DNA of 45,616 nucleotides, from assembly GCF_001194135.2 (NCBI RefSeq), contig NC_068991.1, positions 50,459,499-50,505,114 on the forward strand, in the 5' to 3' direction. A model generated the notes under the pieces. The model was given only the letters and a program-made list of their open reading frames with translations. It had not been told where the DNA came from and did no database searches. Made by a program: the position numbers and the translations under genes. This DNA comes from Octopus bimaculoides. Lineage: Eukaryota. Of this stretch, positions 1-12,037 are shown one piece after another (within the stretch, counting starts at the first letter, position 1; the number at the start of each line of letters is the position of its first letter).

Positions 1-330
1 ATATATAACCTTGTGAGTAGATTTGGTAGATAGAAACTGAAACATCTCTATCTGTATGTATATATGCGTACATGTGTGTATATATATATGTATATGGACA
101 TATGCATATGTGTGTGTATGGATGGAAATATATTTTATGTGTGTGTGTGTGTGTGTGTGTGTGCGTGGGTGTGTGTGTATGTGTGTATACTTCATTTAGA
201 TGTTGTATTAACCCATGAAGGGATGACTTCATCCAAAGAAATACTGATTCAATACCTAATATTTTGGGGAAATTAACTTCCTTAAAATAATAGGTATATA
301 TATATATACATAAACATATAATTTATATTC

Positions 331-670
331 ATATAAAAGAAAAAAAGAAATGGAGATTGGGAAGTTAATAATTCTTCATTATTAACAGCAAATTAATCAT
401 CTTCACTTACAGCTGTTTCAATTTAATACACAGTAAATAATATTAAGTAAAATAATAAATAGCAGACTGCTATAATGAATCTATAAACACATATAAAGCA
501 TCCAAAGGTATATTTTTTTCCCTCTGAAGATATTACGCTCAGGTCATATAAATATAAATTTAATATTTACTGAGTATTAATTGAAACAGCTGAAAGTGGA
601 GCTGATTAATTTGCTGATAATAATAAACAATTAACTTCCCAATCTCCATTTTCTTTTTCTTCTTATATAT
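331..670. repeat. Inverted repeat, ~110-bp arms and ~115-bp spacer
   Basis: 331-443 matches the reverse complement of ~560-670. Confidence 0.85.
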
Positions 671-674
671 ACAT

Positions 675-706
<32 letters not shown>

Positions 707-2361
707 NNNNNNNNNNNNNNNNNNNNNNNNNNNNNNNNNNNNNNNNNNNNNNNNNNNNNNNNNNNNNNNNNNNNNNNNNNNNNNNNNNNNNNNNNNNNNN
801 NNNNNNNNNNNNNNNNNNNNNNNNNNNNNNNNNNNNNNNNNNNNNNNNNNNNNNNNNNNNNNNNNNNNNNNNNNNNNNNNNNNNNNNNNNNNNNNNNNNT
901 GCACACACAAACATGTATCATGCGGGCGATATTTTCAACCAAGACGTTATAACCGTATTTGATTCATCAAGTGCATCAACTCTGTATATGTACATATGTT
1001 TACGAGATAGCTGACATTTATTAATAGCTTTTCCCGTTGTGTTGATACGCCATTTTGTATCATTAGTAAAATTGTCTACATTTTTGATGACACGGATATA
1101 CTAGTGAATGTATATTTCAACTGTTAAATTGAGTATTCTTATATCTGTATAGCTCTATATGTTTATCGTTATCCTGAAGAAATCGTATGCTGGTGAAAAT
1201 ATTGAAATAAATATTCGATAATAATTACATGATGTACCAAATCTCATATGAATTTATTTCACTTAAAACTTCTAGCCATGTTTCAATGCAATTTTATTGT
1301 TAAAATCCCGAAGAGAAAATTTTGATCTAAGCATAGAAACATCGCAAGTTTTAATTAGTCATATCTCGTAGCTTTAATGTTGACTACATTCTCATTGTAA
1401 GATAATCAGCCTGCAGTGTCGTTATTTCCTTTTCATTATAGTGTACATAAACATTATTGTAGCAAGAGTTTAATAATTTATTCTCCAAAAGAAAATATTG
1501 TTAGCTTTGCTCTAAAACAACTTTGGAAATGACATTGGTGCTGTTCTCTGCGTTACAGTCATTCAATATCTTGCATAGAGCACAAGGTACAGGAGAGGAC
1601 ATTAGCGATTAAAGCTTTCCTTCTGAATGACCTCTTTCTATTGTCACCTATAGAAACCTGTAGAAGCTTGGTAAAACCCAGCTAGCTGAGAGTTGAGGCG
1701 TGCCTAGACTGGTAGGCCTCTGTGTATTGATGTCATTGTAATGACATCAATATTTTGCAACAAGCATTCAGATACACACCTTATAAAATTAAATGACGAT
1801 GAAAATAGAAAAATGAAACTTTTTTTATGTCTGAAAATAAAACAAAACAAAATTAGCAGAAAAACAACCAGATGATTCTGCCATAAATAGAAACGGTGCA
1901 ATATATGTAATAACTATTTAAGTAACGAGACTTTAATTACATTTGTAACCATCGATTATATTTAAACATAGTCATCTTATATTACCAGGTGCTGGCGTAA
2001 ATAATTTGGTGAGCAAACTGAAGTTTAATGAAATGTCTTTAGCGAAGCTATGTCGTAAAACTTCTGTTCGTGAGAATGTTTCTCTCAAGGTAAAAACAAA
2101 GTTTATTTTCGCCACAATGTTTGCTAGGATTATATTCGAATTTTATTACAAAGTTTATTTTCAAAAGAAAATAAAAACAGGCTTAATACTAGTGTATGTG
2201 GGACCTGGACAAAACCCCACTAGGACAAAACCTCCTCAGACAAAAGCGCTTCTTCGCCGGAGAAAACCCCCTTAGTTCAAGTGCGAAAGCGGACAAAGCC
2301 CACTCAAGTTATAATTTTTGGTTACTTTTAGGTTTTTTTTATTCTCTAAAAATTTTTTTAA

Positions 2362-2490
2362 TTGTTTCAGTCATTGGACTAAGGCCATGCTGGGGCATCG
2401 CCTTGGGGAATTTTTAGTCGAATTTTTTTACTTGTCTCAGTCATTTGACTATGGCGATGCTGGGGCACCGCCTTGAAGAATTTTTAGTCG
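2362..2490 (-). repeat. Two tandem copies of the SINE family 1 3' end
   Basis: ttgtttcagtcatt...gctggggca.cgcctt...aatttttagtcg occurs twice. Confidence 0.6.
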
Positions 2491-3763
2491 CAGAAAAATC
2501 AGCACTTTAAAATTTAAATTTAAAGTCTTTTATTTTCTTATCAGAATGAGCTGACCTTTTGAACTTTCTCCGGTCGTTGAAGGTCTAACAGAATTATGGC
2601 ACCGAAGGTTAGTCGTTCAAATGTACTTTTTGAAGTAAATGCTTTCCTTTTGTTAGAATTCAGATGAGTAGTAAAAGAGTCTTGTGTTCTGTTATTCTAT
2701 TCTACTTATTTATTTTCGATTGAATATATTTTTGTTTAGTTAAAAATTAAAATTTTGGAAAATGAAAGTTTTTTTACAATCACGATTTCCGTTTTCTGTT
2801 TACGTGAAATTATAGAAAAAATTCAAGAGATTTGGCTGTTATTTCTAGCATGTAGAGNNNNNNNNNNNNNNNNNNNNNNNNNNNNNNNNNNNNNNNNNNN
2901 NNNNNNNNNNNNNNNNNNNNNNNNNNNNNNNNNNNNNNNNNNNNNNNNNNNNNNNNNNNNNNNNNNNNNNNNNNNNNNNNNNNNNNNNNNNNNNNNNNNN
3001 NNNNNNNNNNNNNNNNNNNNNNNNNNNNNNNNNNNNNNNNNNNNNNNNNNNNNNNNNNNNNNNNNNNNNNNNNNNNNNNNNNNNNNNNNNNNNNNNNNNN
3101 NNNNNNNNNNNNNNNNNNNNNNNNNNNNNNNNNNNNNNNNNNNNNNNNNNNNNNNNNNNNNNNNNNNNNNNNNNNNNNNNNNNNNNNNNNNNNNNNNNNN
3201 NNNNNNNNNNNNNNNNNNNNNNNNNNNNNNNNNNNNNNNNNNNNNNNNNNNNNNNNNNNNNNNNNNNNNNNNNNNNNNNNNNNNNNNNNNNNNNNNNNNN
3301 NNNNNNNNNNNNNNNNNNNNNNNNNNNNNNNNNNNNNNNNNNNNNNNNNNNNNNNNNNNNNNNNNNNNNNNNNNNNNNNNNNNNNNNNNNNNNNNNNNNN
3401 NNNNNNNNNNNNNNNNNNNNNNNNNNNNNNNNNNNNNNNNNNNNNNNNNNNNNNNNNNNNNNNNNNNNNNNNNNNNNNNNNNNNNNNNNNNNNNNNNNNN
3501 NNNNNNNNNNNNNNNNNNNNNNNNNNNNNNNNNNNNNNNNNNNNNNNNNNNNNNNNNNNNNNNNNNNNNNNNNNNNNNNNNNNNNNNNNNNNNNNNNNNN
3601 NNNNNNNNNNNNNNNNNNNNNNNNNNNNNNNNNNNNNNNNNNNNNNNNNNNNNNNNNNNNNNNNNNNNNNNNNNNNNNNNNNNNNNNNNNNNNNNNNNNN
3701 NNNNNNNNNNNNNNNNNNNNNNNNNNNNNNNNNNNNNNNNNNNNNNNNNNNNNNNNNNNNNNN

Positions 3764-4000
3764 AGTGCCCCTGGACTGGCTTGTGCGGGTGGCACATAAA
3801 AGACACCATTTCGAGCGTGGCCGTTTTCGTGTGGGTGACACGTAAAAGCACCCACTACACTCTCTGAGTGGTTGGCGTTAGGAAGGGCATCCAGCTGTAG
3901 AAACTCTGCCAAATTAGATTGGAGCCTGGTGTTGCCATCCGGTTTCACCAGTCCTCAGTCAGATCGTCCAACCCATGCTAGCATGGATAGCGGACGTTAA

Positions 4001-4030
<30 letters not shown>
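3764..4030 (+). mobile_element. RTE LINE 3'UTR and (GAT)n tail
   Basis: Matches the 3' end of the 28407-30245 element (ggaagggcatccagctgtagaaac...ggacgttaaatgatgat). Confidence 0.85.
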
Positions 4031-4032
<2 letters not shown>

Positions 4033-4040
4033 ATATATAT

Positions 4041-4170
4041 ATAAGGTGATTAAAATCAAAATAAGCAACAAGGATATTCAGAGGTAATGCAGTATGATCG
4101 TTTCATGAAACGATTGTACTGCATTACTTCTGGATATCCTTGTTGCTTATTTTGATTTTAATCGCCTTAT
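4041..4170. repeat. 130-bp spacerless palindrome
   Basis: Axis between 4105 and 4106 (cgtttca|tgaaacg); few mismatches. Confidence 0.92.
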
Positions 4171-4262
4171 TTTGAAACTGTATGGATAATACCTTACTAA
4201 ATTCTGGTGCCTAAACTTAAGTACCATATTCACCTGAATCTATATATATACATATATATATA

Positions 4263-5525
4263 TACTAGCAGAGACACCTGGCATTGCTCGGGATTAAAAT
4301 AGCATAGTTTGCATTTAATATTTTACAGTTATGTTGAAACAGGTGATATGGGAAAGTGCAGCATTGACTACAAAACATCATCTGAAATGTTGACACTTCC
4401 TTCGGATTTGTTGTCCTACATCACTCATAAAGTAAATTTTGAGGAACTGTGGTTGTTCATTTGTGGGTAACAGGGAACCAATGAGGTTCCCTGTTGAACT
4501 TTGACGTTGAACTTTGAACTTTGACGTTGAACTTTGAACTTTGACGTTGTCGTAAATTCATGTTTATCTATCTTCTTAGATGCACCAAACGATGTCATTT
4601 GCAGAGTTGTATTGTCTTATATTGTTCAGAAAATCCTTTGACTGAATGGAAATGCCTTCTAGAAGACCCATAAGAGGTTGAGAAGGAGCTGGTAGTACTG
4701 GCAATGTTACCTGACCGCCTGAGCAGCACATACCATTTGTTTCATTTGAAAATTTTAAAGCTCTACAGAAAAGACAATTTGTGTTTAGTACACCAATTTG
4801 GACAGAGTTATTATTTTTATAAGAATGGAATGGATCATATCTGAAAACAGAGTTGTGAAGAACAAATTTGTACGTAGTCTGTTTCTGAGAGCTATTCTAT
4901 TGGACTTCTGTCTAATCATTAAAACATTTATTTAATGATCCAGCATTAAGTACTGCAACGTGCATTTGCTGATGTTGAGAAAATCTCATCTAGCTTCTCT
5001 CTTCAGACTCTCGCATTCGGTTTTCTCCTTGCTTTATACTTGTTTCTGGAAAAATTACGTCTTTTCTTTGGTAGCATATTTTTCCCAATATTGTAAACAA
5101 AAAATTATGAACATAGAAAGAAATTATACATTAATCCATATTTTTGTATGCAGTTGTATCCGTAAAAAAATTTATTTCAAGAGAGCAGAAATTGAAAGAA
5201 GATAAACTGAAAAGAACAGAGAAAGTGAAAGATGTATGTACGTCTATATGGAATGGATGTGTGTATGTGTGAGTGTGTACATGTGTGTGTGGGCGTGTGT
5301 GCTTGCGCGTTTGTAAGAGAGAAAGAGAGATAAAGTGAGTGAGTGAAGGTGTGTCATGATGATTGACGTCTTAAAATTTTTACAATAGTTGATTTATGGA
5401 AAAGGTTATGTTAAACTTTTGAAATGCAAATATGTGATTGAAAATTAAATTTAATTTGTAGCTAAAATAGTACTGAATCTTTTGATACCCCATACGTCAA
5501 AATTTCTAACTCAGTTTTGGAAAGC
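4263..5525 (+). mobile_element. Putative non-autonomous Helitron/HINE-like element
   Basis: Starts tactagcagagacacctggcattgctcggg (TACTAG plus subterminal hairpin-like motif) and has internal tandem and GT/GA tracts. The right boundary is uncertain. A 3'-end-like segment of similar type lies at ~41210-41445. Confidence 0.35.
4495..4549. repeat. 20-bp tandem repeat (tgaactttgacgttgaactt), ~2.7 copies
   Basis: Directly visible. Confidence 0.9.
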
Positions 5526-6264
5526 ATAAGGAATATATAATATCAATGAGGCAGACCTCTACATAGTAGCTAGAACTGGAAGAAATAGCAGCTAAATCTC
5601 CCTCAAAATACCCTACTGTCTTAATCTGACAATTCTGCCTATTATGTAGTTTGAATGAGAAACTAACTAAAGATTAAGATTATTAACCCCCACAGAGAGA
5701 GAGGAAAGAAGAGAGACAGCATAGCGACTGTTTTGGTTGACTGTCATCCTGTACTCCCCTTGTTGCTAGTAAAATGGTATAGGCCAGCAATCTGAGCAAC
5801 TGGTTGTTTTAATGGTGGAACAAACAGGACATTAAAGATTACAAAAATAGCGATTCTCATTTTGAAACTAACGATTTTGAAAATCTTTTTAGATTACGGA
5901 ACACCCAGCTCTCTCATGTATCCATGTTTAATATTTCAGCGCAATTGGATAAACAACACNNNNNNNNNNNNNNNNNNNNNNNNNNNNNNNNNNNNNNNNN
6001 NNNNNNNNNNNNNNNNNNNNNNNNNNNNNNNNNNNNNNNNNNNNNNNNNNNNNNNNNNNNNNNNNNNNNNNNNNNNNNNNNNNNNNNNNNNNNNNNNNNN
6101 NNNNNNNNNNNNNNNNNNNNNNNNNNNNNNNNNNNNNNNNNNNNNNNNNNNNNNNNNNNNNNNNNNNNNNNNNNNNNNNNNNNNNNNNNNNNNNNNNNNN
6201 NNNNNNNNNNNNNNNNNNNNNNNNNNNNNNNNNNNNNNNTATATATATATATATATATATATAT

Positions 6265-7030
6265 ATCATCATCATCATCATTGTTTAACGTCCGTTTTTA
6301 TGCTGGCATGGGTTAGACGGTTTGACTGAGGTCTGGAGAGCCAGCGGCTGCACCAGGCTCCAATCTGATCTGGCAATATTTCTACAGCTGCATGTGCTTA
6401 CACTCTGTCGTTTATGCACACTGACATTACACATCCTGCAGATCATACTACTAGCTTCATTTTTTTCAAGCCTACGCATGTCCTCAATAGTCATGGCCCG
6501 TGTTTCACTGCCGTATAGCATGGCAGTTCGCACACATACATCATACAGTCTACCTTTCATCCTGAGCGAGAGGACCTTAGATGCCAGGAGAGGTAGGAGC
6601 TCCCTGAACTTTGTGCAGGCTATTCTTATTCTAGCCGCTACACTTCCATAGCAACCACCCCCACTACAAACTTGGTCGCCGAGGTAGCAGAAGCTATTAA
6701 CTACTTCTAGTTTTTCCCCTGGAATGTGATGGAATCTGTTTTCTGTACATCTTCAGTGTCTATTGCCCCTGTGCATCTGCCACACACAAAAATTATCTTC
6801 CCAGTTAACCTTCTTTTGATATTGCTGCACCTTTTATGTGTCCATAGCTTACACTGGGTACATTGTATGAAGTTTCTACCCACACCTTTTCTACAGATCG
6901 AGCAGGGCCATCTACATGAAGGGGTTTGTGAATTGTCAGCCTTCCTACTTACTAAGACTTTGGTTTTTGCTAGGTTAACCCTAAGGCCCTTTGATTCTAG
7001 ACCTTGCTTCCACACCCTAAACTTCGTCTC
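6265..7030 (-). mobile_element. RTE-clade LINE, 5'-truncated and internally deleted, with PHD-like finger in the RT
   Basis: Translates to WKQGLESKGLRVNLAKTKVLV...WPCSIC...CTQC...H..C...CGRC, then KGRLYDVCVRTAMLYGSET. Ends in the (GAT)n tail at 6265-6281. Deletion junction near 6392. Confidence 0.85.
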
Positions 7031-7509
7031 ATGTATGTTGTAAGTATGAATGTATCTATATGTATGCATGTGTGTACGTATTTATGTGTGTGTATGCATA
7101 TATGTGTGTGTGTATGTATGTATCTATATCTATATGTCAACACAAGAATAAGTACTAGGCTTACCTTCAGCTTCTACACTCAAGTTATAAATTCATATTT
7201 ATACCCATAAAAGTTGGTACATTTGTTTTAGTGAGTAAATGCCTAGGTGACAATGTGGATAAGTTAGGGTTTTCAGAAAATGAAATCAACCAGCTAACAC
7301 ACACATTGCAAATACAATCTGTGAGTGGAACAATAAAAATATACAAGAATTTTCTTATGTTTAAAATGTGACATTCTTTTTGTTATCTACATTCCAATGA
7401 TGGAACTTTGATACTTTGTAGAAATCCACTCTTTCCTTACAGGAAGACTTTAAATAATTAAAAATAAAAGAAAACATATGCACAGGCATATATATATATA
7501 TATATGTGC

Positions 7510-7543
<34 letters not shown>

Positions 7544-7608
7544 GAATAAAAATAAAAATAAAAATAAAAAAATATAAAAAAGGGTTTTGTATTATCGTGT
7601 ATAGAGGA

Positions 7609-8127
7609 ATATATTATTTAAAAGAGTTCCAACTCTGTCTGTTTTTTATGTTTTATTTATATTCTTATTAAATTAATGTGGGATATAGAATATGGAATAT
7701 ATAATATAAATAATAAAATGAAATGAAGTATTGAATGTCTTATTGAATATATGAAATATTGAGTATTAAATATAGAGAATTAAATATATAAAGGTTAGTA
7801 TACTTTTATGTGTCCATAGCTTACACTGGGTACATTGTATGAAGTTTCTACCCACACCTTTTCTACAGATCGAGCAGGGCCATCTGACAGATGTAGGCAT
7901 GAAAGTATACTAGTCCTTATATAATTTATACTCTATGAGGCATGAAAGTATACTAGTCCTTATATAATTTATACTCTATATTTAATACTCAATATTTAAT
8001 ATATTCAATAAGACATTCAATGCTTCATTTCAGTTTACTATTTATATTATATATTCCACATATCACACATTAATTTTATAAGAATATAAATAAAACATAA
8101 AAAACAGACAGAGTTGGAACTCTTTTA

Positions 8128-8135
<8 letters not shown>
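7609..8135. repeat. Inverted repeat with ~200-bp arms, a captured RTE fragment and a 43-bp tandem duplication in the spacer
   Basis: 7609-7810 versus ~7943-8135. 7803-7885 is identical to 6831-6913. The 43-bp unit occurs at 7895 and 7938. Confidence 0.88.
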
Positions 8136-8178
<43 letters not shown>

Positions 8179-8210
8179 CATTCATACATACATTGATTCA
8201 TACATACATA

Positions 8211-8614
8211 CTCTTTTACTTGTTTCAGTCATTTGACTGCGGCCATACTGGAGCGCCGCCTTTAGTCAAGCAAATCGACCCCAGGACTTATTCTTTGTGA
8301 GCTTAGTACTTATTCTATTGGTCTCTTTTGCTGAACCGCTGAGTTACGGGGACCTAAACACACCATCATCGGTTGTCAAGCGATGTTGGGGGGACAAACA
8401 CAGACACACAAACGTATACACACACTTACATATATATATATACATATATACGACATGCTTCTTTCAGTTTCCGTCTACCAAATCCACTCACAAGGCTTTG
8501 GTCGGCCCGAGGCTATAGTAGAAGACACTTGCCCAAGGTGCCACGCAGTGGGAATGAACCCAGAACCATGTGGTTGGTAAGCAAGCTACTTACCATACAG
8601 CCACTCCTGCGCCT
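8211..8614 (-). mobile_element. tRNA-derived SINE family 1, full length
   Basis: tRNA-like head with A-box-like TGGCTGTATGGTAAG and B-box-like GGTTCATTCCC, internal microsatellite, and ...gactgaaacaagtaaaagag tail. Confidence 0.85.
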
Positions 8615-9009
8615 ACATACATACATACATACATACACACATGAACATATATGCACTAAGACATACATGCATGAATGAGTGTGAATTGCTCAGACACATA
8701 GATACATATAAATACATATGCATATAGATGATCAAATAAGAAACATATATATGTCTGTATAGATATTGAGAAATGTATATGGGCTCATACATAAGTAAGC
8801 ATGTATATGTGGAATCACTGGTACATATATGGACATCTCTAAAGAAAATAGTGAAGTAGATCTTCTTGACAGATTTCATGGCTGACATTTTGAATGAATG
8901 TAAATAATTATTATAGATACAAGGTTTATGGATTAGGCGTTAGGATAGATTCTTTATAGTGACTAGGTGTATTTTTAGGAGGAAGAAGGTGGTTATCACA
9001 ATTAGTAAT

Positions 9010-9700
9010 CTGAGAAATTTATAGGTTTATGTCTTACATTTAATGATGTCATGTTTACGGGAAGTGATTAGTTACAGTTCAGAAGTCTAATTTTAGAGAA
9101 CAAAATTTGAAAGGTTTAGCAGTAAAAAGCTGGTTAAATTTGCTGACTGCTTGGTATGGTTGTGGGGAAGTCAGAATTTTCCAATTCATGTTACAAGGGA
9201 TGTTTTGGATTTTAATGACCATATATTTTTTAGAGTGATGTCTCATTTCACTTTCTGTTAGGCTACAAAATGTAAGTGTGTGACATCTTGTTTTGAAATT
9301 TTGAGGAGTTAAATATATATGAGATTAAAGTTGATGTTGTGGTGTTGGTGGTTACTATTGCACTATATATTGTGTTACTAATGAGGCAGTTTCTGTTTAG
9401 AAGGCAAGGTGAGGGATTGTTACAGTTGCAGTAAGTTGGAATATGGGTGTTTGGATTTCCTATTTAGACAATGGTAGATAGTTTTTCAAAGTTGTTAGCT
9501 GTAGAAGATTTTTTTAACATTGTATTTATCAACATGTGATACTTATCATTAAGGTGGAAGTGCTTTTAAAGGAGTTAAAATAGGTTAGTTACTAGTTTTG
9601 AGATTTGTAGGTTGATGGATGGACTGAAGCAGAAAATTTTCTTTTTCTTATTGATAATGGTGTGGTATTGTTTATGTATTAGAGTTTCCCTCTGCAACTG
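9010..9700 (-). pseudogene. Penelope-like element relic: RT thumb/linker and GIY-YIG endonuclease
   Basis: Frameshifted remnants RKRK.F..P, KHFHLNDKYH, CNCK...PLNRNCLISNTIYSAIV, FKTR, SL*KYIWSLK.QNIP..NWKIL and a terminal CRHK-like motif, in PLE order. Confidence 0.65.
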
Positions 9701-12037
9701 TTGTTTTGAAGTCATTCACTGTAAGAAGTTATTTCATTCAGCACAGATTCTCTAGAGGATAATGATCAAAGTCTCAATGAGATATTTTTAACAAGATTTT
9801 TAATTATACTTTGGTGTGGTGGGACAGTCTATGCATATTTTAGATTTTTTCTTTGTTTTTATGAGGTTTGTGTACAGACTTTTCTATGTTTAAGCTTATA
9901 TAAAAACAAAATTTGAAATGTGTAGCAACAATAATAGAGAAAGTTAAATGTTAAAAAAAAAGTGGAGTTTCTTTTTTTCTAAATCCATCTGTCTGTTATA
10001 TTTTAAGTATGTGAAGAATAATCCATTTCAAAAACAAAAGGGAATTTGGAGTGGTGCTGATATGTATAAGTTTCCATTACTCTATGGATCTTTTTAGTCA
10101 AATGCTAACATCAAATGGGTTAGTAGTGCTTTTATTTATCTAGTATGCAATACATTTTTGTGAAATAACCTTTAATGTCAAAGTGGAGGAAGTATCAATT
10201 TGTTTGAGATTTTGTTAACCATTAAATTGCAACATATGTGGTACTCCTGAGAGGTAATACAGAATGTGTTTTATGCTGGATATGAAGATGTCTATAATTT
10301 TCTTATCAATGTCACATGGAAGTTTGTATATGATGATGAAGCAGAGCACTTTCAAACTGAATTCAGGAGACTACATGAAGAGAGGAGATGTCATCAATCC
10401 CCTGTGGCTGTTATTCAAGGTCACTTTCAGTGCTCTCAGTGCCACAGCTTTCTGCTTATGATCTTGTCAATCGAATATTGATTGCTTACACACACATGTT
10501 GATTTGTCTAACTAAATATTCTTCAAGGTGATGCCCCAGCATGACCAGAATCTCACAACTGAAACAAGTAAAGTATAAAGATTATTCTTAAACAAGATTA
10601 TTGACACATTTAGTGTGCGAGTTTCTCCACAATACCTCTCCATAACAATCCACCCTAAAAATCCCTAATTACCTCTCCACTCAAACCCACACACAAAAAA
10701 GTTGACATAGCCACTTACTAAGAACTTAAATACTGGACTTTGAACATATGGTCTTTACGTTGTCAAAGCAAAGGATTAAATTCAATAAAAACTACTGACG
10801 CATCCTGAGCCTATCTAACAAAAAGGACATGCCTACACACTTGACTACAAAGTTCTACATACACATACACATTCTAAACAATAATATAATCCCAAATTTA
10901 ATCAATAATAATTTCTCTAAAACACCTCCCCATAGCAACCCACCCTAAAAAACCCAAATTACAACACCACTCAACACCACACAGCTGAGAAAGATTTTAA
11001 GATGACAGAGACCATATACAGCCAAGATTAACTTCAATGCATCACAGTCCAGTGATGGTTCAACTGAATTTTGAAGTTACTGTCAAACCATATTCTTGTT
11101 TAAGAATAATAAATTTGTACTCTACAAATGTATTGAGTAATCCATCTAATTAATCTAAAATTGTTTTTATTATAATTCAACATAAAAAAAACATTAACAG
11201 TATATATATATATGTGCACACATAGTCATCTAAGAATCCCATAAGTCCCCAAAAATATGCACTCATATATTTGTCAATAGAGCAGGTATATTAGATGTTT
11301 TGTGTTAGGGGTTCAACAGTGTTAAGTAACAACCTGCTCATATAACCCTGTGGCATATGCCATTCCATAACTGCCTGAAGAGCACAGGATTACATAATCC
11401 GGCTGTTACCTAACACGCTGATGAACCCCTAGCATGAAACTGATTGATAAGATTGGTTTTAATGACTATATAATACTGTACACTTTGATTAATATAATAT
11501 AATATAATATAATATGATATATATATACACATAATACAAATAATATATGAGTATATGCATATATATGTACATGTATGTACATACCTTCATCTACATGTAT
11601 ATATAGATGTATATCTGGGTACATGACGTTGCAAAAAAAATATGGACAAAATGATAAACAAGGTACAGAAAACACACAGGCCACATAGAGAACATTTCCT
11701 TTATCAGCTGCCACCATTATAACACTGGCGTTTCGAAGAGTTAGGGCAGGACGCATCGTTACAATGGCTATTCCCAGGAACATATATATATATACTCACG
11801 TATACACATCGTCAACAGATAAGATTCAGAGATTCTCAGTATAGAAGACTCTTAGTAGCACTCAAATGATTCAAACTTAGACTGATGTCTTTATGGGGAC
11901 CAATTCCCCAGGATAAAGAATAGCTATAAGAGAGATCAAATTAAGCAGATATAGAGGCAATTATGTGGATAAACAAATTAAATACATTAAATATAACAGC
12001 TTGGGTATGAAATACAAAATATGTATATATGTAGTAC

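Noticed and set aside
1170-1210. CTGAAGA...GAAA motif
   Set aside because: Poor stem II and G at the cleavage position.
8540-8614. tRNA-like sequences at SINE heads (also 17906, 32455, 41640)
   Set aside because: They continue into SINE bodies and lack a full cloverleaf; not tRNA genes.
11415-11465. CTGATGA...GAAAC hammerhead-like core
   Set aside because: Stems I and II do not pair; at most a decayed relic.
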